A stretch of DNA of 64,000 nt from NCBI GenBank assembly GCA_020891255.1, contig BQFW01000015.1:2542001-2606000 (forward strand), given 5' to 3'. A program made the translations under genes and the position numbers. How positions within the stretch are numbered: the first letter of the stretch is position 1; each line of letters opens with the position of its first letter. The notes below the pieces were generated by a model. It was not told the origin of the DNA and searched no databases. It was given only the letters and a program-made list of their open reading frames with translations. This document shows, piece by piece, positions 37,034 to 49,765 of the stretch. This DNA is from Entomortierella parvispora E1425 (taxonomy: Eukaryota; Fungi; Mortierellomycota).

Positions 37034-37471
37034 ACGGGACACAACCGGACACAACCACAGCAACGGATTGCCGTGAGGTCAAGGAAGGGTCAAGGTGTCA
37101 AGGTCCGTCTTCTTTGTCATCCCCGTCCAGAGAAGGCTTGTTCGGAAAAAGAAGTAGCCGCAGAGGAGAAAAGAGAGAAACTCCCCTTTGGTCAGGAACA
37201 AAGGGACGAGAGCAGTTCTGAGGACATTAAAGAGAGCACCGCCGTTCTTTTCTGTTCCTGCACAGTCCACACAGTCCACACAGTCCACCGTCCACAGCCT
37301 GCGTGCCAGCAGGGGCCGCTGTTCAAGGACCGAATCAAGCAGGAAGATGCAACCGATGACTCGGTCTCTTCTTGAATCTCTCTTTTTTTTTTTTCTTCTT
37401 CTTTTCTTCTTTTCTCTTTTTCATCTCCTCATCCCTCCCCTTCTCCTCATTCCATCCCTCCATCTTCAGCC

Positions 37472-39113
37472 ATGGCCGCCGCAATCCTGGACAAGGTCAA
37501 CTTCAGCATTGATCAGCCCTTTGGCATCAAACTCGATGACTTCTTCAGCCAGGGCTACCAGCTCGTCACTGGCAAGAGCATCGACTCGTTCCGCTTCACC
37601 GAGGGCGTCACCCCTCTGTCGACCAACAAGGAGGTCCTCATGTGGACCCTCACCTACTTTGTCGTCATCTTTGGTGGTCGCCAGATCATGAAGACTCAGG
37701 ATGCCTTCAAGCTCAAGCACGCCTTCATCCTCCACAACTTCCTCTTGACCATTGCTTCCGGCACGCTTCTCCTCCTCTTTATCGAGAACTTGGTCCCCAT
37801 CCTCACCCGCCACGGACTCTTCTATGCCATTTGCAATGCCGGTGCCTGGACTCAGCGCCTCGAGTTGCTCTACTACCTCAACTACCTTGTCAAGTACTGG
37901 GAGTTGGCCGACACTGTCTTCCTGGTCCTCAAGAAGAAGAACCTTGGTAAGTGTACCTCCCTGCATTCTTTTCTGGGGCAGGGGTAAAGGGGCGATTGTT
38001 TTTTTTTTTTTTTTTTTTTTTGGGTAGATCACAGATCGGATATCTTTGTACGCTTGTGTGTTTGTTACGGTCGGAAAGGCCCACCTGTGCGTGCTTTGAT
38101 GCATCATTCGCTCAAGCGACATGTGCAAATCAATTCACCACAGTTCTTTTGGGGAGAGAAGATAGACGAGGAGAGAGTGACCGCAACCGGACTGGACGGC
38201 TTGGGGTGGTACAATTGGCAAAGCAATCCAGGCTCTTTTACATTCCTGCGGAGCTGACGATACGCCGCTTCTGTAATGGCGGATGGACCGAGCGAGTCGG
38301 AGTGATGAAAAGAAAAGCATCCCTTGATCTCACCGCACAGAAAAACTCCTTCCCGAGCCATGGATATGGGAGAAGAAAACCTCCTCGGCTCTTTCTGAGT
38401 TGTGTCGTTTCGTTTTGTTTCCCGCACACCGTCGTCATTGTGGGCTGTCAACTGTTTTTTGTTTCTCAGTCCAGCTTGCTGCTCTGTCTGGGAAGGAGCG
38501 GGTTTTTTTCCTATCATTTACAGCATGGCCACCCACAAAATATGAGCACATGGGAAAGGGTCCCTGGACTGTGCTGGAGTTCTCCACCAATTGACACATG
38601 CTGACAGGGATCGACAGGCAATTGACGTTCGACTAACGCTTGCTGACTGCTTTCATAGAATTCTTGCACTACTTCCACCACTCGATGACCATGATCCTTT
38701 GCTATGTCCAGCTCGGAGGATACACCTCGGTCTCCTGGGTTCCCATCACCCTCAACTTGACCGTTCACGTCTTGATGTACTACTACTACATGCGTTCTGC
38801 CGCCGGTGTCCGCATCTGGTGGAAGCAGTACCTTACCACCATGCAGATCATCCAGTTTGTCCTCGACTTGGGCTTCATCTACTTTTGCTCCTACACATAC
38901 TTTGCTTTCACCTACTTCCCCTTGGCCCCCAACGCCGGAAAGTGCGCCGGAACTGAGGGTGCTGCCTTGTTCGGATGCGGCCTCTTGTCATCCTACCTCT
39001 TGCTCTTCATCAACTTTTACCGCCTCACCTACAACGCCAAGGCGAAGGCTGCCAAGGAGCGCCACGCCACCTCCAAGACCGTCAAGGGTGCTATCAAGAG
39101 CAAGCACATCTAA
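37472..39113 (+). CDS. ELO2: GNS1/SUR4 fatty-acid elongase (MAELO-like); exons 37472-37946, 38659-39113
   Basis: KYWELADTVFLVLKKK, FLHYFHH His box, HVLMYYYY, TTMQIIQF, C-terminal KSKHI ER-retrieval motif; from memory highly similar to M. alpina MAELO. Confidence 0.95.
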
Positions 39114-39953
39114 AGGATACAAAACGGATCGTGGGATGGCAAACCTGTCCCCCCTTATTTTCTCCTCGACTTGCATGGGTATGAACTCTAGGATAAGTCC
39201 GAGAGACAACAGACTGACGAGAGTCGCCAGGGGAAATCCTTCCCAGCATCCTTTCGTTACCCCAATTCCCCTTTCACGGACCATTATCACACCGTAATAT
39301 CATTTCAACCCGCTACCCCCCTACTTGTTTTCGTGCTTCTCCAGTTTGTTTCTTTCTTTGTTGCTCCCTTTGCTTCTTTTCCTTCTGTGATTGTACTTGT
39401 GAAATACCCCCCCTTTGGCTCTATAGATTCCCGTCTCGGCATGATACCATTGTCAATAAACACCCTACCTTATCTCAACTCAACTGTCCTTTGTGGCACT
39501 TTGGTTGGTGCCTGGGGCCTGTGCCCATGCCTCAAAGCGGGTCTCCATGTAAAAAAAAAAAAAAAAAAAAAAAAAAGGGAACCGAGCGTGCGGATCGCCT
39601 GGTTATTTGTTTTGGGTTTCTCTGTGCTCGCGTCAGCAAAGGCTCGGTTGGCAGAAAAGAAGGAAGAAAAGAGATTCCTGAAAGTGAATCCTGGTCATTT
39701 TCTTCTTCATTGACCATCGTTCCTCTCTTTTCTCATCTCTTGTACAAGTTTCGCTCCATCTCTTTGTCTTCAGTCTCATTGACAAGACAAACCCAAAGGT
39801 TTCCCCCAGCTCACCCCACTTTTCTTTGCAACAAGACGACAAACCTTTCAAACGCGCCGCGTAACCGTGTATTATTGAGTAACCGCTTTGAACGTCCAGA
39901 CAAATACGAACCGACTAAAAAGAACAAAAAACCAAAAGGAACAACACACACCA

Positions 39954-41740
39954 ATGGCCAACCCAGCTGGTTCACTCGATGACAGCTTTGTGTCGATACA
40001 AGATGCGCAGGATCCAACGACAGTGACCATCAAGAGCGAAGGCGGCCAAACGACGACGACGACCAGCACCACGACCTCGCATGTCCGCGTCATTGGATCT
40101 TCTCGCTCCACGTCCTCGTTTTCTACAACGTCCTCTTTGCATTCTTCCTCTGCCTACAACGAAAAGAATGACCCGTCCTCGCCTCTGTACGAGGACCCTC
40201 GGATCCCACGTCGGTTCGAGCTCCAGAACCGTCGTCCGGATTTGATTCCCACGCTGAAGCATCGGTTGGCCGAGGCCCGGTACCCGGATCAGATTGAGGC
40301 TGCAGGATGGTCCTACGGCACGGAAACCAACATGCTCAAGCACTTGACACGGGAATGGTTGCATCACTATGATTGGGAAAAGGAGCTCGGCAAATTGAAC
40401 GAGGAACATGAACATTGGACCTGTCGCGTCAATGGGTTGGATATTCATTATGTCCGCCATGACCCTTGGGCTCCCCCCGCCGTGGATGAAGAAACGGGCG
40501 AGGTCATACATGGAGAACAAAGCGGGTTTGCAGGCCACCAGACCGTCAACGATCGGGGCGAGATCATTATCCCTCTGCTGTTGATCCATGGATGGCCTGG
40601 CTCCTGGTACGAGTTTGGAAAGGCGCTGCAGCTGTTGAAGAAACGGGGTCGCTTCCAGATCATTGTCCCCTCCCTCCCTGGGTTCGGATGGAGTCAAGGT
40701 AAAGCTACAAAAAAATGAGCTGAAAATCAGATAAACGATGGACCCCGGGAATCTGCTGCAGGTACACTCTGGGCATCACGAGTCTAATCCCAGGCATGCG
40801 CTCCCTATTCGATTCACTCATAGCGCCAACGCAAAAGAAGTTTGGCGTGCGCGCCATGGCCAAGATCCTTCATGATTTGATGCAGCAGCTCGGGTACAGG
40901 TACTATGTTGCTCAGGGTGGTGACTGGGGTGGTATCATCTCGCGAGCCATTGCGACGTTTTACCCCGAGAACTGTCTTGCAATCCATGTGAACATGTTGC
41001 CTTGCCTGCCACCTAGGCCCTGGTCTTCACCCTTTCAGTTTGTCAAGGCCATCACTGGCTTCCTGGCTCCCTCGGTCGTGTACAAGAACAACCCTCGTGA
41101 ACAGGCCTCGATCAATTCCTTGAAGTTGTATGCTGTGGAGGAAGGCGCCTACTTTTTTATTCAGGCGACCAAGCCCCAGACGTTGGGCCACGCCCTGTTG
41201 GATTCGCCCGTGGGCCTGTTGAGTTGGCTGGGTGAAAAGTACCTGTCGTGGGCTGACCTGGACCCAGCTCATGTTGAATCCTGGCCTTTTACCAAGACGG
41301 AACTGTTGACACAGATCATGATCTACCACTCTACTGAATCGATCACGTCGTCGACCCGCATCTATTACGAGACGTACCATAACCACGACTTGCAGTGGTT
41401 GTTGAGACGACCTGTGCCCGCTAGTGTGCCTGTGGGTGTGGGTGTCTGGAACAAGGAACTCTTCATGGTCCCGCGTGCCTGGGCAAAGTAAGAACTATCG
41501 TCTGTGTTTTTGCCTAACCTTGTGGTTACAGTGCTATATAGCACGCTGACTTTTTCTCTCTCTCTGGTGTCTTTTCTTAGTGACTGGATGAATGTGGTCT
41601 CGTGGCACGAGTTCCCGAAGGGAGGACACTTTGCGGCATTTGAGAGACCCGCCGAGTATGAGAAGGAGATTGTCGGTTTCTTTACAAGCGAGACGGTTCT
41701 AGATCTGTTTACCGCCAAGCGTTTTGGGTACAAGATCTGA
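39954..41740 (+). CDS. Microsomal-type epoxide hydrolase (EHN + alpha/beta hydrolase); exons 39954-40698, 40824-41487, 41581-41740
   Basis: HGWPGSWYEF oxyanion motif, PSLPGFGWS, nucleophile QGGDWG, KPQTLG, GGHFAAFERP. Confidence 0.93.
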
Positions 41741-43429
41741 GGTGTTTTTTTTTTTTTTCCCCCGGCTCAATTGATCCCCCCACACCAGGCTTGCAGTATC
41801 AGTTGTTGAGAAGAAAAGCAAAAGGATGCGGAGGAGAAAGCAAGGGAGGAGAAACATGTAGTCGCACTCATAGTCAAACCAACAAAAATAAAGACAAATT
41901 GTCACTCTGTGCTTTTGTCTGCTGTTGGGCCTGTTTGAAAGGGAAAAAGGGGTCCGGGGGAGGCGGGTGACGAGTGAGGGAAGAAAAAAAAGCGAGGGTA
42001 CTTGTGGAATGTACAGTTACGGTACATTGTAATTCAGGGACAGGGATCAGGGACCTGTAATTTGGAAAGGGCAGGAGAGCAACAGAAACACACACACACG
42101 ACAGGGCAAGGACAGAAAGGGGGAGGAGGAACAGAGCGTTGCATTTGTGCTCATGGGAAAAAGCAAAAAAAAAAAGAGAAACGGTTGGATACCCTCAAAG
42201 AAGGGGGGGGGGAAGAGATAGAGGGGGACAAGATGACGGTTGCACAAGAACCACCCACAACCTGCAACATCAAGCAACCTCTTGTCACCAGAATGGGGAG
42301 GAGACAGGAGACCTTTTTGAGCCGGCCCTGCTCTGCTCACGTTTTGGAAAAGGTTCTTTCAAGAACCACAGAAAAGTGAGCAAGTGAGCTAGTGTAGCTC
42401 GGATTCAAGCCCTGACGGCATCGTGCAGCCACAGCCTGGACGGAACAAAGGGCCGGGCCAGGAACATGAAGAGAGAGAAAGAGACAGAGAGAGAGAGCGA
42501 TGATGGTTAGGTCCCCCGATCACATTTTTTTTATAGCTGGCTGTCTCTCTGACGAGTGTTGTCCTATTTTCTGCGTTCATTTCATTTTTGCGCTTTTTTT
42601 TTTTTTTTTTTTTTTTTTGTTTGTGTGGAGTGGGCATCCAGCGAGGAAAGAAACCCAAACGATGCGCGCTAGAAGGCGTCAGCGGTAGCCAACAAGAACA
42701 AGAACAAGAACAAGAGCAGCAACCAACGTCCGCTGTGCTCTTGCACCTTTCTCTGTCTTGTTTTCTTTGGTCAGGGGAACCATTTTCCCCACTGGAGACA
42801 GACAGACACAAGCAAAAAAGAAAAAGAGATCAAAAGGGAAGAGATGAAAGGAAAAGCACCTCATCTTCCCTGTCCCCTGGCCTACCTTCCCGACAAAGTC
42901 CCAAGGGGATTGGATCAAAAGGAAAAGTTCCCAGGCCACGTTTTTTGTTTTTTTTTTTAATTTCATTTTTTTTCTATCTTTGTATTGCTGTTGTGGGCAG
43001 GGGTTGGCAGGGGTTGGCAGGGGCAAGGCAGTGGGCTTGAGTCAGTCGGTCGATTGAGAATCGATTCGACCGTACATGTCCCTCTTCTTTTCTTTGTTTC
43101 TTTTTTCACAGGAAGGAAGAGAGAGAGAGAAAAGAGAAGGAGAGAAACATGAACTAGAGACAGAGACAAGAGTCTGAAGTCAAAGTGGATCAAGGACCAG
43201 CCAGATGGAAGAGATGTGTACAGTAGATATGCAGATCTGGCGGGTCCCTTTTTTGTGCGGGGTCAATCAGATCCCCGTTCGGACTCTTTTCTCCAGTTCG
43301 ACCCGGGGTCTGGGGTCTCCTTTCTTGATTTGTCCATGTGGAGGAAGTGTCGACCGTAGAGAGAGAGATGATGGCCATGATCAGAGAAGAGAGAGACAGA
43401 GATAGAGAGACAGACAGAGATAGAGACAG

Positions 43430-43634
43430 GGACAGAGACAGAGACACAAACAAACAAACAAACAAACAAACAGCAGTTCCCAGCAGGGCACACAGAGATG
43501 AAAAAAAAAAAAAAGAAAGAGAAAGCAAGTTCCCGCCATCTGTCCGCAAATGAACCGAATAAACCCTTCAAAGGAACATAGGAACCAAAGGAAGGAAGCA
43601 AAGGAAGGAAGCAAAGGAACAGGTTTCCGTCCCT

Positions 43635-43667
<33 letters not shown>

Positions 43668-43695
43668 GTCTCTCTCCACGGCACAGAACCATCGA

Positions 43696-43726
<31 letters not shown>

Positions 43727-43930
43727 ATTCTTTGCTCTTCTCACCCTTCTCTTCTTCCCCCTCCATTCTCTTCATCTCTTCATCACCCCATCTGCATCAC
43801 TCTCCTCTCCTCTCTCTGTCCTCTTTTTCTTCTTCTTCTTCTTCTTGGCATTCACACTCTTCATTCATTCACCCATCCATCCATCCATCCATCCACTCCA
43901 CTCCACTCCACTCCACTCCACTCCACTCTA
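43430..43930 (+). repeat. Compound microsatellite block: (GACAGA)n, (AAAC)n, (CT)n, (CCAT)n, (CCACT)n
   Basis: Seen directly in the region upstream of the 44574 gene. Confidence 0.9.
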
Positions 43931-44573
43931 CTCACACAGCCACCGCACGGCACTGCATTCACCTACACAGACACACACACCCACTCTCTTCCCTTCAAAA
44001 AGGTGCCTTTACCCCTTCGTCTTCCCCTGTCCGAACCCCTTTTCTGCAACCGCCCTCGTTTCTCTCTTCATTCTCTTTCTGGCACTCTTTTTCACCTCTG
44101 CTTCCTCTGCTCCCCTTCAGACGTCCTTTCTTCTGCTATCTCCGCCTTCGCCAAACGGTCGACTGCACCTGCACTCGTCCGGTTGTTCTTATCTGTGGTG
44201 TCTCTACTCTCTCCTCTCTCTTTCTCTCTCTCTGCTGGCCGGCACAACCCACACCCTCTCGTCCTTCCTTCGTCCATCTGGGAAGCAGAAGCAAAAATAA
44301 GAAAAAGGACGCCCGCAAGCCGCCCTTTTCCTTTCCCCTTGGCCTCTTCTTTTCATCTCTCTCTCTCTTTCTCTTTTGGTATTATTTTCCCTCCACTTTT
44401 CTCCCTCTCCCCTCACTCTTCGCACTCTTTGCTTGCTGCTCCTTCTCTCCACCACGTTCTCTCTCTGTTGCTCCCTCCATCCTGGCCTCTTCCTCTTGAC
44501 GCCCACACGAGAACGCTGCCCCTTGCCAGAGAAGGCTAATCTCTGGAACTAGAGCGGAACATATACCACAGCC

Positions 44574-47500
44574 ATGGCTGCCTCAGATTCACCTTCCTCT
44601 CCGGCCCCCACCAAGGATTCACGATCCTCTAGGTCCAAATCTCGATCGGGCCATAAACCCGAGCTAATGGTCTTGACCCCACAGCAATCCCATACCCTCT
44701 CCACCAGCACCTCCTTCTCCAGCACGACCAGTGAGTCTACGCCAGCCACTGCCTCGACTTCTGCGACAACGACTGCTGCTGCGACCCCAACAGCTGCTTC
44801 GCAATTATCAACCCCCGGCCCCTCCACACCTCACCAACCTTTGCGTGGAGCACGGTCAGGAACGCGGATATCTTCCAGTCCTGACCCTTCCGCTACAGTG
44901 GCCATAGGAGCCTCCCTTCCGTCAGCATCGCTCGCTCCCGCAGGAGGTCTTGGGGTAGCAACAACAGCAGCAGGAGCTCAGTTTCATCAAGGGACAACCT
45001 CCTACGGCTCTCACCACCCACCGCCGCTACGTCCATACACACCTGCGACACCGTCAACCCCCACAGCAATGCAGCTAACAATACCACCGTTGACACCGCC
45101 CTATACAGCCGCTCTGACCTCGCCCAGATTGGAGGCGCATCATCATCATCATCATCATCATCATCATTCGGCTGGGAGTGGAGGAAAATCACCCGGCCTC
45201 TTTCCTTTCGGAGGGACGACCCCACGGGTTGGTTCCATCAGCGGATCTTCCGGAGGCACTGGAGGAGCAACAACGAGGCGAATGCCCAGCAGTGAGTCGT
45301 CATTGTATGATCCGTATCGTGCTCGACAACCAGGCGTGTCAGCCAACAGGGTGAAGAATGGTAAGAACTACGAGAAAAATATAACTGGAATGGATAATTC
45401 GGGGGTTGGACAGGCTGGCTGGATTTTTTTTTTCCTTTCTTGCAATGACCAGTGTTGCCCGCGCATCTTTTCTTTGGTCCCACCCTGATCTTGGAGAGAA
45501 AGAGGGTACTTGCATCTAGACCCCCGTCTGATGATGCTCTGCTTTGCATTGGGTACCAATTGATCCCGCCTTCATTATCCATGTACTACTTTTTTTTCTG
45601 CTGGTTGTTTTTTTCCCACCAAGCATCTTTCGCTCAACGACACAACAATCATTTGTTTTCTGATGGCTGATTCCATCGGCAAACAATTAACGTGCTCGTC
45701 AATCAAGATTATGGTTGGTGAGGAATGGGAGCAAAAAGAGAAAAAAAAAAAAAAAAAAGAAAAAAAAAGACAAAGAACAGGAGGAACAGGCACAGGCACA
45801 GGGAGAAAATAGAAGTGGGTGAACGTAGGACAAACAAAAAGAAAAAAACGCAACTGATCTTCGATCGGCGGTGCATTGGATGGGCCACAGAACAGCTGAG
45901 AGGGTGTGTCTGGCACAATCACAATGAGAGAGCGTTTTGCGGCCTTGATCGATAGGAGAAAAAAGGCGCGCTTTCGAGATCGATAGGGAACCTGGAGCAA
46001 AGAAAACGTAAAGGCAATGAGACAAAAGGGCCTGTGAGGCGAGGGGACCCTGGACGGGGCTCTTTCCCAGTTCTTCCTCTTTCGTCCTTTCTTTTTTGTT
46101 TGCTCCTTCATTCTTTTTTTGCGCGCGCGCGGTGAAAGTGTCTGTTTGTTGCCCTCCCTCTTGTGAACACATGGTCGGACCCCTTCGGGGAGGCGTTCCG
46201 ATTCGCGTCCCATTCTTTCTCTTTCATCTCTTGGACGCAAGGTTAGCCCGTGTGCCTTCTCTCTCGCTCCCATCAGTCCCCTCGTCGTTGTGAACACGTA
46301 CCTTTTCATTCATTTCTTTTTCGCGTGGGTCATTCCCGTTTGAACCCAAAGCGCCTCTTGTCTCCTCATTTTCCCAATCTGCTGGTTTACGCCTAACTTA
46401 TCAAGGAACGGAGTGGGCAACCCATGCCTTTCTACATTTTTGCCGTTATATTTCTTGATCTCTCCCATCCAAATCCAACCAGCCCTTGCTTTTCTGTATA
46501 TTTTCAAGGAGGTGGGGTGTTTATCCAGGAGAGAGAGAGAGAAAGAGCGAGCGAAGGTTTTTCTGGTATGAGTGGTCGTTTGCTGTCTTTCGGGGAATTC
46601 TGCCCGCCACTGGAACCGTCTGGCTTCCAGGCTTTCGCGTTTTGCTCGAGGACCAGGCGCGGTCCGTCCGCTGAGCCAAGACAATGTAAAATAAGCATTT
46701 TGGGTTGTGGGTCGTTCCCCCTTTTCGCCCTGCCCTGTGTTCTCTATTCCTGTTGAGAGCAATTAGGAAAGAGCAGGAAATGGGAAGAAGAAAAAAAAGG
46801 CCTCTTTTAATCCGATCATCTTTTTTTTTCCCTCTTTCTTCGTGTCTTTGGTCCAATTTTTGCCGTTTTTCACTTTTTGCTTACGCCTTGTGTCATTGCA
46901 TGATTACTTTTTTTTAGAATATCAAGCACAGTCGCCCATTCGCGAGAACTACGCGGTCTTCTCTTCGCAGCATCCTACGACGGCGTATGCAAACACTCAG
47001 GGATCTTCGTCAGAAGAGGATCTACACAACCATCAACATGGTCATCACAAGGAGTCGTTGACGGAGGAACAGGTCTTTGGGATGATGATCATGCATCCAC
47101 CTCCTTCTATCGGTCAACGCGAGGATTATTATCGCTATTCGCCAACCTTGACTGCCAGTCAGACTCTGGCGGCCACCTATGGCAATGCAAGCACCACTGG
47201 CGGCAGTCGACCCGAGTCCCCCTTTCAGTCGTCCCCTTATTTGCCGTATCAGTCCTACCAGCCCTACAGCAACCAATTGTCTCTGCCTTCGCCTTTGATA
47301 ATGGACTCAAACTATGGACTTCCATCACCCATGGCTCTGGCCTCTCCAGGATTGAGCCCTTTTCACTACGGCGGACACGAGGAATTACGTTCCTCAGAAC
47401 ATAAGGCGGACCCTTATCGATCAGCGTATTCGGCCGCCAGGGATACAGGCAGTTCTGTAGGCGCTCAGGGATACGGATCGCCTTATCTAAATTCGGGAGG

Positions 47501-48902
47501 TGCAGGAGCAGGACCTCAAGGATCACCCAACATGAATGAGGATTTTTCATCCTCATTCGAGTCCCGATTTTCAAGCTTGAGTCGAGGGGGAGGTAGCAGT
47601 GCCAACAACTCACGATACCCGTTGCATGTCCTGGCCGGCCAGGATTCAAACCAGGCTCTTTCAACTGCCTACTATGAGCATCAACATGTGCACCTCCAAC
47701 AACAACTCCAGAAGCAACAACAAAAGGCTGCCGCCTCTGCCGCCGCCAAAGCTGCAACATCTCCCGGAAAGAGCAGTGGTTCTGAAGGCAAAGGAGGTGA
47801 AGTGGGAACTTCTCCAGGAAAAGGATCCTCGGATCATATTCGCCAGTCGCAACAACCTTCACAGCCATCCAAGACCGACTCTTCAGGAACCAAAAAGGCT
47901 AAAACAGAGATGGACGAGGACGAGGAGAACGATGTCATCTTGCAAAAACTGGGTGTTATCAGCGTCGACAGCAGTGGATCTCGGTCGGGAGGGACACGGT
48001 CGGGTCTGACCCAGGGAAGTGGTCGTTCGCGCCGAAAGGGTCAATGGACAGACGAATCTGAGGAGGAGAGTCAGGAACGTGGACGGCCTCGCCAGAGACG
48101 ATCTATGAGTGCCCGCAGGCGAGGCCGTGGAGGTCGCTCCGAGGATCGAGTCCAGTGCTGCTGTTGCTCGCGAAAGGTCTGCATCTGGCTCTCCATGGGC
48201 CTGCTGGCATGCCTGGCGGTGTCTTTGTACTTTTTGATCCCGAGAGCACCCCAGTTTTCGTTCGACTCTGTTGCGTCTCAGAGTGCCCCTGTGGTGACCA
48301 AGAGTCGGATCAAGGAGCAGTTCCAGATCCAGCTAATCGTCGACAGCACCAGCAACTACCTCTCTCTCCGGATCGACAGGATGGATGTCTCGGTGACACT
48401 CAAGTCATTGCAAGATGGCGCCAAGATTGCCGACAATGATGACTTGGACTCTGCTTTTATCATTTCACCCAAGACGACCGAGATGGTGTCCTTGCCTATG
48501 CGACTGGACTACCGCACCGCTGCCCCTCCAACCGTCAGTGCAACTGCTATGAACTCTACTGGAAGTGCGTCCTATGTCAACTCGACAGATGTGGTCTACC
48601 AGCAATTGGTCAAGGCGTGCACACCGATCAATGTCGACAACACGACGGACTCTTCGATGCTTTCTGCTTCTGCCTCTTCCTCCTCGTTGAAGGCGAGCGC
48701 TGCGCCAGGATTGAATGTGGTGATCCACGGTCAAATGCACGTTTGGGGTCTGTCTTGGATCTGGAAACCGTCGTTTGACATCTCGGTTATGAATTTGCCC
48801 TGTCCCATCAACGCACCCTCTCGGAACCCTGTGAGCGAGCTTCCGCCAGGTCCACCTGTTCCTACCTCCCCGCCTTCATCGAGCCCTTCCAAAGCTGTTT
48901 AA
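44574..48902 (+). CDS. Type II single-pass membrane protein: long S/T/P/H-rich N-terminus, Cys cluster, TM helix, LEA_2-like C-terminal domain; exons 44574-45360, 46918-48902
   Basis: AATG|gtaag..tttag|AA joins both ORFs in frame; VQCCCCSRKVC-IWLSMGLLACLAVSLYFLI-PRAP followed by a beta-rich domain (IVDSTSNYLSLRIDRMDV). LEA_2 assignment is inference. Confidence 0.65.
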
Positions 48903-49305
48903 ACTTTTATATAGACCAAGGGAACCTGATGAGAGTTGACGTTTTCGTTTCATTTTTTTTCCATTATTTTTCTCTTTGTTTTTTTTTTCCATTTTGTGCT
49001 TGCATGCTCCACACCTCAATCTTTTTTTTTTGCCCTCACTCTCCACTCTCCACTCATTTGTTTCTCTCCTTTCTCTTTTTCTCTAATTGTACATTACGTT
49101 TCATTTCGCTTCCGTTCTTTGTCATCACGTCCCTTTCTTTTTTTAGAAAACAAAAAAAAAACAAAAAACACAAGAGTGCCTTTGGGCCTCTCTTCATGTA
49201 TATAAAATAAAAAAACCTCCCCTCCCCTTTGTTCAAACCACTTTGGCCGTTTGAATCACTCAGCTTTCAAAAGAAAGAGCGACTTTTTTCATGATCTTTT
49301 GACCT

Positions 49306-49308
<3 letters not shown>

Positions 49309-49342
<34 letters not shown>
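49309..49342 (+). repeat. Poly(T) homopolymer of about 34 nt between convergent genes
   Basis: Seen directly. Confidence 0.9.
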
Positions 49343-49345
<3 letters not shown>

Positions 49346-49765
49346 TCTCTTCACAAGTTGAGCGCAGCCCAATTGTGCATCTCGGAGCGGAGGGGATCAA
49401 CAAACTATTATTTTTTTTTTTTTCTTTTTTTCGGGTCAAACCGTTCTGGTAACTTGGGATCCAAAAAAAGGATCGCTCACCAGCCCCCCGTATTGCGTAA
49501 TTCTCGATCTCTCCTGTTTTCTTTCCAGAGGCAACCTCCCCCATAACAGGTCGAGTGGTTGGTCAGGTGGAAAGAAAGAAAAAAAAGTTAGTTCCTGGTC
49601 GATACTTCTAGGCATTTTTTTTTTCTTTGCCAAGTTTCTTTTTTTTTTCTTTTTATAATAATTACTGGGGGTATGATATATGACTGAATGCTGTACTACA
49701 TAAAGTGTCTATGTATATGAATGTATGGTGATGGGGATGATAAAGTGTGTATGTGCGTTTTCTTT

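Noticed and set aside
38302-38398. GTGATGA...CTGA in the elongase intron, a possible C/D snoRNA
   Set aside because: No terminal stem; the segment before the D box (TCGGCTCTT) matches 25S rRNA in sense rather than antisense, so it is not a guide.
37472-41740. Elongase plus epoxide hydrolase as an oxylipin/lipid gene cluster
   Set aside because: Only two adjacent generic genes; no oxygenase, PKS or NRPS nearby.
41900-44540. Long ORFs such as 43550-44539 and 43732-44499
   Set aside because: Products of CT/GA microsatellites (poly-SL/ER peptides) with no domain signal.
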